DNA of 64,000 nt from Kiritimatiellia bacterium (GCA_050949565.1 JBMNFY010000015.1:68722-132721); one strand, 5' to 3'. Positions 10,241 to 20,375 are shown, numbered from the stretch's first letter. Notes: generated from the sequence alone by a model not told the origin. Program-made: numbers and translations.

Positions 10241-11218
10241 ATGAGAAAGGTACTGTTGTTTTATGTCGTGACCATCGCGTTGATGTCTGCGGCCCAAAAT
10301 CCGGGCGCAAGACCCTTCGACGACGAGGCCATACGCGACATGCTTGAAGGTTTTGCGATCATGGAGGCGGACAATGAGGGCGATCCCCACCAGCAGAATC
10401 TGCCGACCGTGGCGGACTGCTATCGGATGATGGAGAAGCGGTGCGAGGAAGCAGGTGTTGACAAGCGGCGCATCCTCGACGTAGCCAAGGAAGAGATAGA
10501 CAAGTGTGCCGCCTACGTGAAAAGCACCGGGCGGACGTCCATTGCCATCAATGCGGTGAGGTTGCTGGACCTCGTGGCGCACTCTGGTGACCGTTCGCTC
10601 CTGCCCTATCTGGAGGAAAAGAGCCTTGATCCTGAAACCCTCAAGTTCATCCGTTCTGCCGCTGCGGAGGTCTATGTCAATATCGCGAGTGTGGAGGAGT
10701 GCATTGAGTTCATGAGAAAAGCCTTTGGCATCAACGCTGATAAGGGGTTTTGGCGATCCAGGGTCACTCCTCTGTTCTTGGGAAAAATGGAGTCCGCGAT
10801 TGCAAACCGCTCTGTTTCTGATGAAACCGAAGAACGGCTTTTGTCGCTTCTTATGGCATATACGCAAATCACATCGTATGCAAGCGAAGCCTCATGGGTG
10901 GATGATTTTCTGGTCAAACACTGTTACGGCTACAGGATGAGCGAGCAACGCTTATCGCTATGGAGCAGGATATTGGACGAGGATAAAGAAAATGAGTTGA
11001 AGAGAAAAAACTACCTTCCAATTAGAGAGGCGATTGAGGCCATCCCCCCCCGAAAACGCACTGACCTGCGCAAGCGTTTTCCCGATCTGCCGCCGTTACC
11101 GGGTGACGCGCCCGCTAGAAGCCCCGTGAAGGTCGCTATCGCCGTCGTCGCGGGAATTGTCGCAGTGGTAGCGGCATGGCTCATCTTGCGGCGGAAAAAG
11201 GCGCATGAAGCGGCGTGA
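10241..11218 (+). CDS. Partner 1: signal peptide, helical domain, DLRKRFPDLPPLP motif, C-terminal TM and basic tail (putative immunity/inhibitor)
   Basis: GAGGAG RBS; paralogous to 52951-53781 and to the split gene 11693-52482. Confidence 0.75.
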   Translation: MRKVLLFYVVTIALMSAAQNPGARPFDDEAIRDMLEGFAIMEADNEGDPHQQNLPTVADCYRMMEKRCEEAGVDKRRILDVAKEEIDKCAAYVKSTGRTSIAINAVRLLDLVAHSGDRSLLPYLEEKSLDPETLKFIRSAAAEVYVNIASVEECIEFMRKAFGINADKGFWRSRVTPLFLGKMESAIANRSVSDETEERLLSLLMAYTQITSYASEASWVDDFLVKHCYGYRMSEQRLSLWSRILDEDKENELKRKNYLPIREAIEAIPPRKRTDLRKRFPDLPPLPGDAPARSPVKVAIAVVAGIVAVVAAWLILRRKKAHEAA

Positions 11219-11222
11219 CAGC

Positions 11223-11678
11223 ATGGGCAATGCGGTGGAGTTGTACTTTGTGAATACGCTTGAGGGAGGGGCGGTTGGAGGGGTACGTCGGCCGGAGGGC
11301 ATCGTCATCGCGGCCAACGGCGATGGTCAAACACTGGCGCACGAGGTGATGCACAACTGCGGGCTTGAGGACATCTACACGGTCGAGAATCCCAATGGGT
11401 CGGATCCCAACCCGGTCTCCGGGCCGGTCTCCGCAGAGCGCATTCCCGCCGACTGGGGCGGGGGCTACTATCCGCCGGGGCTGGCGCAGCGGAGCCTGAT
11501 CACGCGGCTCCTCATGCGTGGGGAACACTTCGGCCCCGAACCTTCGTTTTCGGGAAGCATATGCCTGCCGCGCGGCACCGTCTACGGGTGGCGGAACGCC
11601 GGGAGCGGCACCGTCAGAACGCTGGGCAATGCCAGGGTCGGCCAGAGTGCTATCCAGCGGAACCCCGGCAGCTATTAA
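11223..11678 (+). CDS. Orphan metallopeptidase C-terminal cassette 2
   Basis: MGNAVELYFV...TLAHEVMHNCGLEDIY...DWGGGYY...RLLM; homologous to the last ~150 aa of 8830-10230; no signal peptide and no obvious RBS. Confidence 0.75.
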   Translation: MGNAVELYFVNTLEGGAVGGVRRPEGIVIAANGDGQTLAHEVMHNCGLEDIYTVENPNGSDPNPVSGPVSAERIPADWGGGYYPPGLAQRSLITRLLMRGEHFGPEPSFSGSICLPRGTVYGWRNAGSGTVRTLGNARVGQSAIQRNPGSY

Positions 11679-11729
11679 CAAGGAGATTAGGTATGACGCT
11701 ACGAACACACAAGGTCTACGGTTTTATCT

Positions 11730-13171
11730 AAGGAGTTTCCCCAAAAAATCTGGTCATTCCAGAAAGACCAGTCCGAGCGGGTTTGATTCGGGGTCTGGCG
11801 GCTTGTAGCCGTACCATTTCCCGTGGCGCGTGAAGAGCCTCCCGAGGCCGTCGGCGACGGCGTAGTGGAGGAACTCGGCCACGCCGTAGATGCGCTTGGC
11901 GGCGTGGGTGATGTTGGTCGTCAGGATCTCGCAGCGCAGCCGTCCGGCCAGCCAGACGCAGTTGAAGTAGATGACGGCCAGCAGCAGAGCGACCATGTTT
12001 TTCAGGCGCCGGTACGTCAGGACCCGGATGTCCTCGAGGTTGTAGCTCTGCTTGACGAAGCGGATCGCGTCCTCGACGCGCCACCGCGTCAGATAGCCCT
12101 CGACGACCTGCCACAGGGACTTGCGCGACGTCGTCCCGGCCAGCGTGGTCAGCAGGAGCATCGGCCGCTCGCCGAACCCCTTCACCACGACCATGCGCAG
12201 GGGCTTGTCGGGCCTCTGCGGCAGGGCGACGGTCATGGCGCCGAACTCCAGCTTATAGCTTTTCACCCCGTCCCCCGTCTCCCTCGTGACGATCTCGATG
12301 TGCTTCATGGGGCAGGATGCCGCCAGTTCTTCGGCCAGCGCGGTCCGCCGGCCGTGGAGCAGGTTGCGGTTGCCCACGAGGCGCACGATGTAGTCCAGTT
12401 TGCGCCGGTCCAGGCCGTCGAACAGCCAGTCTCCGTCGCCTCCGCGGTCGATGACGTAGATGCCGCGCTTCTTCGCGCGGGAGCTGATCTGGTCGATGAC
12501 GCCGAGCACCTCGTCGTTCTGGCTGATGAAGCCCTCCGCCTCGCTCGACCACAGCCGCATGTGCAACGGCGTGATCCGGCGGCCGCCGCTCTCGCAGGCG
12601 ACCGCCAGGCAGGCGCTGTATCCGTTGCCGATCTCCCCCGTGCTCCCGTCCCGGACGCGGGCGAGATATTCCATCTTCTTCGCGTACAGCTTACGGATGT
12701 CGGTCGGGTCGATGACGATCAGCGTGTCCTGATGGACGTGACGCGAGCCCAGACGGGCGACAGCGTCGGAAATCCCCTGCTCGATGCCCTCGCTCCCGAG
12801 CATCCGGCTCAGCCTGTCCTCCAGTTTCTTCATCGATATCGGCTCGTCGAGCGCGCGGGCGATCCGGCTGAGCTTCACGTCCTGCGACGCCTGTATCCCG
12901 TAGACCATGTCGCCCACGAACTTGCCGAGCGGCTTGGAAAACCGGGGGGAAAGTTCCCCCAAAAAATTCTTGAGTTGCTCTCGCGCTTTGAACGCCGTTG
13001 CGCTATGATTCACGTCGGTTTTCCTTTCCGGTTTTTGGTTGAACCGCCATTTTGGCAGAACCGGCGGAGGAAAACCACTTTTTCACTTTCAGGCACGCCC
13101 GTCAGAGACGCATCCCCTTTGTTTTCAAGGACTTAGATATAATTGCCCCCGATTTTTTGGGGAAAGTCCTT
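11730..13171 (-). mobile_element. IS4-family insertion sequence
   Basis: Terminal IRs AAGGAGTTTCCCCAAAAAATC / GATTTTTTGGGGAAAGTCCTT (1 mismatch); 8-bp TSD TTTTATCT at 11722-11729 and 13172-13179. Confidence 0.92.
11754..13013 (-). CDS. IS4-family DDE transposase
   Basis: IDPTD, IDRGGD and the YREK signature YLTRWRVEDAIRFVKQ. Confidence 0.9.
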   Translation of the reverse strand: MNHSATAFKAREQLKNFLGELSPRFSKPLGKFVGDMVYGIQASQDVKLSRIARALDEPISMKKLEDRLSRMLGSEGIEQGISDAVARLGSRHVHQDTLIVIDPTDIRKLYAKKMEYLARVRDGSTGEIGNGYSACLAVACESGGRRITPLHMRLWSSEAEGFISQNDEVLGVIDQISSRAKKRGIYVIDRGGDGDWLFDGLDRRKLDYIVRLVGNRNLLHGRRTALAEELAASCPMKHIEIVTRETGDGVKSYKLEFGAMTVALPQRPDKPLRMVVVKGFGERPMLLLTTLAGTTSRKSLWQVVEGYLTRWRVEDAIRFVKQSYNLEDIRVLTYRRLKNMVALLLAVIYFNCVWLAGRLRCEILTTNITHAAKRIYGVAEFLHYAVADGLGRLFTRHGKWYGYKPPDPESNPLGLVFLE

Positions 13172-13405
13172 TTTTATCTGGATTTTCTTGCTCTCCCTCA
13201 TGTTCCCGTCGGGTGGGCTTTGCGGAGGACGCGAAGAGGTGCTCGCGAACGGCTGGACTCTTGACCTTTTGATCGAGCGGTTCAACCAGTGTCAAGAAAA
13301 GGCGATCGCCCACGATCTGGAGCACCCCCCGTCTAAAAACTGGGGGGGGGGGGACATATTTATGCAGGCTATTCGGTATGGTTGAAAAACTGGGCGACCG
13401 CGCAG

Positions 13406-13427
13406 TTTAGCAACGGGGTTGAGGAAA
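13406..13427 (+). repeat. Left-end putative transposase-binding site
   Basis: TTTAGCAACGGGGTTGAGGAAA; inverted near-copy at 51800-51820; degenerate copies near 13534-13554 and 51821-51841. Confidence 0.75.
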
Positions 13428-13569
13428 GGCTGAAAGAGGCTGAAAATGCCTGAAAAGGCCGGTTTTACGGGGTTTCTAGCGGGTGCTGGTGGCGTCTCGA
13501 CGCGGCGAGGGAAAACACCTTGAAAAACAACGGTTTGTCAATGGTTTGAGGAAACCTGTAGGGTAATTG

Positions 13570-13614
13570 AAAAGCCCCCGCGCGACCTTTGCAATGAGGT
13601 TGCACGGGGGCTTT
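13570..13614 (-). terminator. Rho-independent terminator of the early operon
   Basis: Hairpin AAAGCCCCCG...CGGGGGCTTT just downstream of the last early gene, with a U-run on the minus strand. Confidence 0.7.
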
Positions 13615-13634
13615 GGTGGGTGTTCTCGCGCCGA

Positions 13635-14288
13635 TCAGGACGCAGGCTTGACATCTTTGGGCGGCATGAGTCGAGCTATATCGAGGATGATTGGCTCTGG
13701 TTCGGCGGCTCGATCCGCTCGGTGCTCGACGTAGATGTAAGACTTGGATTGCGATGCGTACATCGAATCTGCGAGGAGTTCTTTTGCCTTGCGAAACTTC
13801 TCGCTCTTTAGATTGAGCTTTAGAATGCGCAACGCGGCAGTGCGGTTGATGCTACCGCTCGCTGTGTCGAGCAGACTATTCACGATCTGAACGATGTCGC
13901 TTTTTTCCTGCCCTTCGGTGAGTTCCGCAACAAACTCGTCGAGCAGACTCTTCGCGATTGTCGCACGTTCATCCATCGCACTGAACACGCGGTTTTTCAC
14001 GCGCACGGTAATCAGACCGTCATAGCTACTGACCGTTACGTTGCCGCCCTTCGCTTTGAAGTCGGTGACGTTGGCATCGGCCAGCGCGGCCTCTTCAAGC
14101 GTATCGAGATCGCGCAGGGTTTCAGCCTGCACTTTTTCAAGGTCGGCCCGTGCCTTTTCGTAACGCTTCAAAATGCGACGCACGATCTGGTCGCGCTTCT
14201 TATCGTAGGGCGAAACTAATCGGTTTGGGATTTCGTCGCCGAAGCGATCAATCATATACCCCGGACGTGCTTTGATTTTTTGTGACAT
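13635..14288 (-). CDS. DUF3164-like Mu-prophage protein
   Basis: GYMIDRFG...YDKKRDQIV...KGGNVTVSSYDG...SKSYIYV; typical position after MuB. Confidence 0.8.
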   Translation of the reverse strand: MSQKIKARPGYMIDRFGDEIPNRLVSPYDKKRDQIVRRILKRYEKARADLEKVQAETLRDLDTLEEAALADANVTDFKAKGGNVTVSSYDGLITVRVKNRVFSAMDERATIAKSLLDEFVAELTEGQEKSDIVQIVNSLLDTASGSINRTAALRILKLNLKSEKFRKAKELLADSMYASQSKSYIYVEHRADRAAEPEPIILDIARLMPPKDVKPAS

Positions 14289-14291
14289 GAC

Positions 14292-15353
14292 TTACTCCTT
14301 TGTTTGTGAGAGGCGTTGGATGACGTCGTAGGCGACGACAAAGTGATCCCAACTCATTTCCTTTTTCTGCTTTGCCGCCAGATTACTGGCTGACTGCAAA
14401 AACTTGCAGAACTGACCGAGGCCAGATTGTTTGAGCATAGTGGCGATGATCTCGGCGGCATCACCGTCTGGAGGCGGCAAGCCGAACGCGGCGGCAAACC
14501 TGTTGATGTCGCTTTTCGGCGGGGTTGCTGGCAACTGTAGACGGATGATGCCTCGGCGGCGAAACTGCTCCAGAATGAGTGCGAGCTTGCCGGTCTCGAT
14601 CTCATCGCGAAACACCCGTGTGCCGCAAAACACGATGCCGCAACCGGTGCGGTCGTATAGCTCGCGCAACCACTCTATGATGCGCACCGCGGTCGCGTTG
14701 CTACTACTGATCAGCGGCTGGTGCATTTCATCAAAGATCAGCAGCATCTGATCGCTGATTGAGTCGAACACGCGTGTTCGTATCTCGCTCGATGACGCTT
14801 TCGCAGATATGTAGCAGGCTTTCGCGACCTCGCGCTGAATCTGCCAAAACGTCGGTGCTGCTGGCATGCGGATGTACTTGGTTTGACCGTGATTGTTGCG
14901 CCGCGTGAATTCCATCAAACAGCTCGTCTTCCCTATCTGTGAGTCGCCGAAAATGAACGCGGGCAGTTGACCGACTAGCGCGTGGCGGCAGACCTGATCG
15001 ATCTTTTTCCACGTTGATGTTTCTACGAACCCGATCACCTTGCGGTTACCTCGCGCGTCTGCGAGTTTGTGGTAGCGTTGCACCGCCTCGATGAGGTTGT
15101 CGTATCGTGCGCCGTAGCGACCCATAAACAACCTGTAGGCCGTGCTCGCGTCTTTGTCGATGGCTTTTCCAGCATCCTCCAGTGTCATTGAGCGATCCAT
15201 GCAATACGAATAGAACCACCAGATTTCGGCTTTGTCTGCCTCTGTGATTTCTCCATCCTCCAGCAGTCGTGCGAGTGCCGTTTGTACTTGATCGCCCGGG
15301 ATGCTCATGCGCTGAGACTGGGCTACGATTTTATCAGTGTCTTCCTTGCTCAT
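14292..15353 (-). CDS. MuB-like AAA+ DNA transposition ATPase
   Basis: Walker A GDSQIGKT, Walker B LLIFDE, LRELYDRTGCGIVFCG, QFRRR arginine finger. Confidence 0.9.
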   Translation of the reverse strand: MSKEDTDKIVAQSQRMSIPGDQVQTALARLLEDGEITEADKAEIWWFYSYCMDRSMTLEDAGKAIDKDASTAYRLFMGRYGARYDNLIEAVQRYHKLADARGNRKVIGFVETSTWKKIDQVCRHALVGQLPAFIFGDSQIGKTSCLMEFTRRNNHGQTKYIRMPAAPTFWQIQREVAKACYISAKASSSEIRTRVFDSISDQMLLIFDEMHQPLISSSNATAVRIIEWLRELYDRTGCGIVFCGTRVFRDEIETGKLALILEQFRRRGIIRLQLPATPPKSDINRFAAAFGLPPPDGDAAEIIATMLKQSGLGQFCKFLQSASNLAAKQKKEMSWDHFVVAYDVIQRLSQTKE

Positions 15354-15376
15354 CTTACCTGTCCTTTCTGATGTGA

Positions 15377-17464
15377 TTACAAGAGGTCTGTCGTATCGGC
15401 GACGCTCAATGCATCGTCGTCTTGTTCCTCGCCGCCGGCGCAGAGGTCATCCAGCGTGACTCCCCGTGTGGCAGCGCGTCGCTCGGCGCTGACGGCTCGC
15501 TCGGCCTCGATACGCGCGGCCTCTGCCTGTCCGCCCTCGCGTAGTAGCGCGGCGTTTGTGCGCATGTCCGCGATCATTTCGCGGGCGCGTTTTACGCCGC
15601 GCCGTGCAACCGGAGCAATCGCCTCTGATAGCTCGCGTCGTGCAATACCGATCTCGCGTCCGACCGCGTCGAGATCAGCGCGATCAACGACATCCACGCG
15701 GTCACAGCGACCGACGTAGCGCCCCCACGTATCCGTGATGAAAATCCGTCGCGGATTAAATGGGTTGATCGTCCACAGGTACATCTCACCTTCTTTGAGT
15801 TGTACCTTTTCGCCTTCAGGCCCGACACATGTCGAGAGGCGGTAAATCTGTGGCCGACCGCTTTCGATGTCCTGATCGACGAACACCACCTCGGCGACAG
15901 CCGGACACGGCCGGGCCTGAGCGAGGTCATCGCCGCAGATCATGGTCACGGCCCAATCTGGCAAACGCACCAGATCGCGCTGCCCTTCCTCCCAAACCCG
16001 CGCCCGTGACTTTCGGGCGACCTGTGTGTTTCCGGGCATTGCCACGAGCGGTGCGAGACGATCTTGCACCTCATGCGGAAGCGCGAGAAACTCACACTCG
16101 CTGTGCCAGAGATCGGCGGGGTGGACGCGCCACTGCCGCTCAGTTCGATTGTGCCATCCCTCTAACGTGTGGTCACTGCTCCACGCGATCTGCGCATAGA
16201 CCTCATGCACCACGTCGAAAAACGTTGTCCAGTCCAACACCGGAAAGCGCATGCGTTCGGCGAGTTCTGGCGGTAGCGTACAAGATGCGGCGAGCATCTT
16301 GTCCACGACCTTGCACAACGCCTCGTGGTCTTCCGGCTTGTCCAAACGCGCATTGCTGCCGGTGTAGCCCGGCAACGCATCGAGCCGGTTCTGCGCGAGG
16401 TTGTGCCACGACTCAATGTGCGCTTTATGATCGGGATTGCCTTTCGTGTCGTAACCCCACTTGCCGAGCGGGATTTGACGATCCACACCGGACGTGCTCA
16501 CCGTGATCTTGCCGTCGCTCAATTCGTGCAACACCTTTTTCAGGCGGTCGCGAATGGCCGCCGTACCACCCTCCACGAGTAGCAGACAACCGTCTTTGTG
16601 GTAGCCGATATTCGTGAGGACGTGCGCCACGAGGAACCGCATGTCGGCCTCGGTGATATTGCGCCGTTTCCCGTCTTCATCCTCCATGCGCGGCTTGAGC
16701 GCGAACGCGATTTTGTTGGCACTTGCAATGTCGATGCAAGCCAGTTCCAGCGGGCGCACGGCCTTGGGATAGCCACGGCACACGACCTTGCAGTTATGCC
16801 ACATGTCATCAAATTCGTACTGTTGCCCCGGTAGCAGATTCTCGCGCGTGGTGTGAACACGCGCGGAGAATTTCCGTGCGGCATGCGGCCCACGCCGTGC
16901 GGCGACGGTCTCGATCCGCTTCGGCTTGTGCCGCATCATATTCCAATACGACCAGCCCGGAGGCAACGGCATACCGGGCGGGCACTTCGGCGGCATGGGC
17001 TTCGAGCGTAGCTCAGGCAACGCCTGCCACACGCGCCTCCAGTCCACGTCGCCGATCATCTGCCCCGACTTGTAGTTTGCCGCCAGCTCGATGTAGGCGC
17101 TTTTCATCGAGCGCGGATGCTGGTCGCAATAGGTGCGCCACGCTTCGATCACGGCGGGCGTGATCCACTCAGCCTTGCCACCGCCGGTGGTCTTGGCCGC
17201 GTTCACCAGCGCCCGCCAGTCGCCGGTGTTTCGTAGCGCGTAGAATTTGCGCTCCAGTGATTTGAATGACCATCCCGGCTTGTGTCGGTTTCGCGTGGCC
17301 GCGTCTGCCAGCGCCGTGCGCGGACGTGGCGCGACAGCCGCAGTACGGAAAACCTCTAGGAGATCCAGCACCTCCCATTTCACCTCGTCGGGTAACTGAG
17401 CGAATTCGGCGGCGTCCCGCTCAGGGACGCACGCGCCTGCAATGAGTTGAGTTCCCGTCATCAT
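15377..17464 (-). CDS. MuA-like DDE transposase
   Basis: 695 aa directly upstream of MuB; PGQQYEFDDMWH first-Asp motif; GNPDHKAHIESWHN Glu motif. Confidence 0.8.
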   Translation of the reverse strand: MMTGTQLIAGACVPERDAAEFAQLPDEVKWEVLDLLEVFRTAAVAPRPRTALADAATRNRHKPGWSFKSLERKFYALRNTGDWRALVNAAKTTGGGKAEWITPAVIEAWRTYCDQHPRSMKSAYIELAANYKSGQMIGDVDWRRVWQALPELRSKPMPPKCPPGMPLPPGWSYWNMMRHKPKRIETVAARRGPHAARKFSARVHTTRENLLPGQQYEFDDMWHNCKVVCRGYPKAVRPLELACIDIASANKIAFALKPRMEDEDGKRRNITEADMRFLVAHVLTNIGYHKDGCLLLVEGGTAAIRDRLKKVLHELSDGKITVSTSGVDRQIPLGKWGYDTKGNPDHKAHIESWHNLAQNRLDALPGYTGSNARLDKPEDHEALCKVVDKMLAASCTLPPELAERMRFPVLDWTTFFDVVHEVYAQIAWSSDHTLEGWHNRTERQWRVHPADLWHSECEFLALPHEVQDRLAPLVAMPGNTQVARKSRARVWEEGQRDLVRLPDWAVTMICGDDLAQARPCPAVAEVVFVDQDIESGRPQIYRLSTCVGPEGEKVQLKEGEMYLWTINPFNPRRIFITDTWGRYVGRCDRVDVVDRADLDAVGREIGIARRELSEAIAPVARRGVKRAREMIADMRTNAALLREGGQAEAARIEAERAVSAERRAATRGVTLDDLCAGGEEQDDDALSVADTTDLL

Positions 17465-18375
17465 TCCTCCTTTGTCGCTTTTTCAATAGCGCGGCATACC
17501 TGAGCGAGTAGCTCGTAGGTTTCGACGAGCTGGTCGCGAGGCAACAACGCATAGGTTTTTCGTCCGAGCCCGTGATCTGCCAGCATCGTTCGGACGGTGT
17601 GCCATGTGCCTTCGGCGGCCATGCGCCTGGCGACGGCAGAGTCGCCGTCAACCTGCGCCGCCTGCCACTTCATGAAGGCCTCGCGGTCTTCCTTCGGCCA
17701 CAGGTCGAACGCCTTGTTTTGCAGGTGCGGGTGCTCGCCCTGGTATTGCGCCACCAGCCACGCGGACGGGCGGTAGCCGCCCTTGGTTTTCACCGGGCGC
17801 ACGCCGTGCTTGTCGAGCAGCTCGGCGATCGTCATGTCGCCGACGAACGCGTCGACGCTCGCGTGTAGCTGGCTGCCGTCGTCGGCCAGCACCAGCCAGT
17901 TGCCCGCCTCGCTCGGGGGCGGCATCAGCAGCGCCGCGCCCGCCTCGCTCCGCAGAAACACCTCCGCGAGTTTGAGGTAATACTGTCCCTTGCGCTCGCT
18001 GAACACATTGCCGAAGCGGCTGCGCACCCACGGCCCGTACTCGCCGTGCCTGAGCAGGTCCTTTGCGCTCCGCAGTGCGAGGCCGATCTTGATCGCGACC
18101 ATCGCGCCGGCCTTGTCTAGGCGCGACGACAACTGGATGTCGCGCTGGATGCTCATCTCCAGACGTGCGAGCGACTCGTTGTCCTCCTCGCGTTTCACAA
18201 TCGATACCTGCCGCGTGGCTACGGACTCATCGGTCGGAGGCAGCACCTCCGCCGCCGTAGCGAGCTTGGCTTTAGCCTTGCTCTCACCCTTCGCCTTCTG
18301 TGTCTCGGTCTTTGCCTTTGCCGTTGCTTTCGCCTTCGGCTGTCCTTCATTTTGCTTCTTCGCCATGTGATGCAT
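17461..18375 (-). CDS. DUF3102-like phage protein
   Basis: IGLALRSAKDLLRHGEYGPWV...SERKGQYYLKLA. Confidence 0.7.
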   Translation of the reverse strand: MHHMAKKQNEGQPKAKATAKAKTETQKAKGESKAKAKLATAAEVLPPTDESVATRQVSIVKREEDNESLARLEMSIQRDIQLSSRLDKAGAMVAIKIGLALRSAKDLLRHGEYGPWVRSRFGNVFSERKGQYYLKLAEVFLRSEAGAALLMPPPSEAGNWLVLADDGSQLHASVDAFVGDMTIAELLDKHGVRPVKTKGGYRPSAWLVAQYQGEHPHLQNKAFDLWPKEDREAFMKWQAAQVDGDSAVARRMAAEGTWHTVRTMLADHGLGRKTYALLPRDQLVETYELLAQVCRAIEKATKEE

Positions 18376-18389
18376 CCTTTTTGGTGTGG

Positions 18390-18722
18390 TTATCCCTGCA
18401 CGCTCAGTGCGAGCAGGTCAATCAATTCGTCGGAGGTCAACCGCGACCCCGACGCCGAAATCCGTTTACGCGCTTCCTCTGGAACCGTGTTGAGCGCATC
18501 CAGTAGCGCATCGCGCAGTGCCGTCATGTAGGCGGCATCCGCTCTGAACCTTTGTTGCTTCGCCGATCCACTGCGTTGATCCGCTGCGGCTTTGGCCAGC
18601 GCATCGGAAGCAAGCTGAGCTGTGAATAGAGATCGCTGTGCCGTCTGCACCGCTGCCTTGGCGAGTGCTTTGGCCGTTTCTTCCGGCCTCGCGGCCGGGT
18701 CTTTGCATGTCTGTTTTTTCAT
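18390..18722 (-). CDS. Hypothetical phage early protein
   Basis: ORF translationally coupled within the early operon. Confidence 0.6.
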   Translation of the reverse strand: MKKQTCKDPAARPEETAKALAKAAVQTAQRSLFTAQLASDALAKAAADQRSGSAKQQRFRADAAYMTALRDALLDALNTVPEEARKRISASGSRLTSDELIDLLALSVQG

Positions 18723-19105
18723 TGCGCTGCCCTCGCGTTCGAGGCCTTCGCGACCAGCTCCTCAAGCGTGGGGAAGGCCATCATTTCAGGTGTGTCGAAA
18801 AGCCCCGGTACGCGCCGTACGACCACGCGCCAGCGATCCAGTTTGCCGCGTCGCTTCGGGCGTCCGTGTACCGGGCACCGCGCCGAGTTCACGGCCAGCA
18901 ACGTGCCATCCTCCACCCAGTACTTGATCTGGCGAACCGAGACACCGATTGCGCGGTGCGCTTGCTCCGGTGTGCAGGTGTTCGGCAGCCGTCCGGTCGG
19001 TGCGCGATCATCCGGTGCAGACGGCTTGCACGGCTCCTGCATGGCTTCTGCAGGAGGTTCGTGCATCTCAGGGAATAGCATCATCTGTCCGTGTATGTCT
19101 CGCAT
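18719..19105 (-). CDS. Excisionase/MerR-like HTH protein
   Basis: TPEQAHRAIGVSVRQIKYWVEDGTL; start placed at MRDIHGQ. Confidence 0.6.
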   Translation of the reverse strand: MRDIHGQMMLFPEMHEPPAEAMQEPCKPSAPDDRAPTGRLPNTCTPEQAHRAIGVSVRQIKYWVEDGTLLAVNSARCPVHGRPKRRGKLDRWRVVVRRVPGLFDTPEMMAFPTLEELVAKASNARAAQ

Positions 19106-19106
19106 G

Positions 19107-19436
19107 TCAGCGCCCCCCGCAGTCAGCCAGCTCGTCACCGTAGATGCCCGCCGCGATGTTCGCGGCGAGACTCTCCGGCCCCGACTCAGGAGCGCGCTTG
19201 CACGGCCCTGCCAACAACAGGCCCACCAGCACACAGACCATGATGCCGATGCCGCACACCGTGACCGCCAGACAGCCCGCCGACCGCGTATCACTGCGCT
19301 CCGCGACCTCGTAATCCTCCGTCGCGGTCTGATCGATCATGTTGCGCGCCGCACCGTGTGCGCCCTTCGTCATGATCCGCGCCTCGGCTGTCGACCGGCG
19401 CTCCTCAAATGTCCCTCTGCGTTTCGCTTCGCCCAT
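19107..19436 (-). CDS. Hypothetical phage membrane protein
   Basis: GGAGG RBS; MGEAKRRG start; one TM helix. Confidence 0.6.
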   Translation of the reverse strand: MGEAKRRGTFEERRSTAEARIMTKGAHGAARNMIDQTATEDYEVAERSDTRSAGCLAVTVCGIGIMVCVLVGLLLAGPCKRAPESGPESLAANIAAGIYGDELADCGGR

Positions 19437-19452
19437 GTCGCCTCCCGTTGTA

Positions 19453-19878
19453 TTACCTGATGCCCGTCTCAAAAAACTTACGTGCCGCCGGCCTACCGTG
19501 CCTCCAGCATTCCGGCGCGTCGCACACCCACAGCGATTCAGTGTCTCCTAGCTTCGCCGGTATCTCCCGCCCCGGCGCACCACACGCATGACAGCGCGGC
19601 GCGTCCTTCGCAGGTGTGTCCTTCGCCGGCGCAGCGTCGGCCAGCGTGATCCGGTATTCGTGCTCCTCGGAGATCTCCGGTTCTTCGTCTGCGGGCATGC
19701 GTCCGGTCGTTTCATACAGTGCAATCGCCGCGCGCATGTCGTCGCGCATGGTTTTGCACACAGAGCTACAGTCGTCGCCGAACGTCTCCATCACGGCCAG
19801 CACTCCCTTGGCCGCCGCAAGGTTCAGCACGTAGCGCGTCGGCGGGATGCTAACCTCCATCCTGAACTCACCCGCCAT
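19453..19878 (-). CDS. Hypothetical phage protein with C-terminal Zn-finger-like CxxC...CxxxxC
   Basis: GGAGG RBS; CHACG and CDAPEC motifs. Confidence 0.55.
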   Translation of the reverse strand: MAGEFRMEVSIPPTRYVLNLAAAKGVLAVMETFGDDCSSVCKTMRDDMRAAIALYETTGRMPADEEPEISEEHEYRITLADAAPAKDTPAKDAPRCHACGAPGREIPAKLGDTESLWVCDAPECWRHGRPAARKFFETGIR

Positions 19879-20278
19879 GATGCACCTCCCCGCTCTGCTC
19901 CAGCCGTTCAATGTCCGCGTCCGTGATCACGCCGCGCAGTTTCAGGCCGCGTAAAACCTCGGCAAACTCTGTACGTTCGCACTGCTCAGGCCAGCGCCAC
20001 TTGCTGCGCAGCAGACATTCGACAATCGCGAGCGCCACCGCCGCCGTCTGCACCGCCTCGATGTAGAGACGTGCGCTGTGGACGTCATAACACACCTCCT
20101 GCGCGTCCCTGCCGACCAGCCAGCGCAGGTCGTTCGCTTCCCGCGCCAGCTCGCCGACTTCCTCGACTAAGATTGATAGGTAGGTCTGCGGATCATGGTT
20201 CTGCTCACCCCATTTCGCATCCTGTCTGCGGCGTTCGGCCAGCACGTCTCTGATCGCTTTTTTTGCGTTCGCATCCAT
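19868..20278 (-). CDS. MazG-like nucleotide pyrophosphohydrolase
   Basis: ERRRQDAKWGEQNH...ILVEEVGELA...EAVQTAAVA. Confidence 0.75.
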   Translation of the reverse strand: MDANAKKAIRDVLAERRRQDAKWGEQNHDPQTYLSILVEEVGELAREANDLRWLVGRDAQEVCYDVHSARLYIEAVQTAAVALAIVECLLRSKWRWPEQCERTEFAEVLRGLKLRGVITDADIERLEQSGEVHHGG

Positions 20279-20375
20279 TGTTTTTTACCCGTCCTTTCTT
20301 CTGTTCAAAAACCACCGCCCGCGCCGTTATCATGTCGCGGAAAGCTGCGGGCGGTTTCCGGCACCCGCCGGAAAT

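Noticed and set aside
13395-13400. CGACCG as the att core of an integrase-type phage
   Set aside because: No tyrosine or serine integrase is seen; the DDE transposase, MuB and Mu-like end repeats fit a transposition TSD better.
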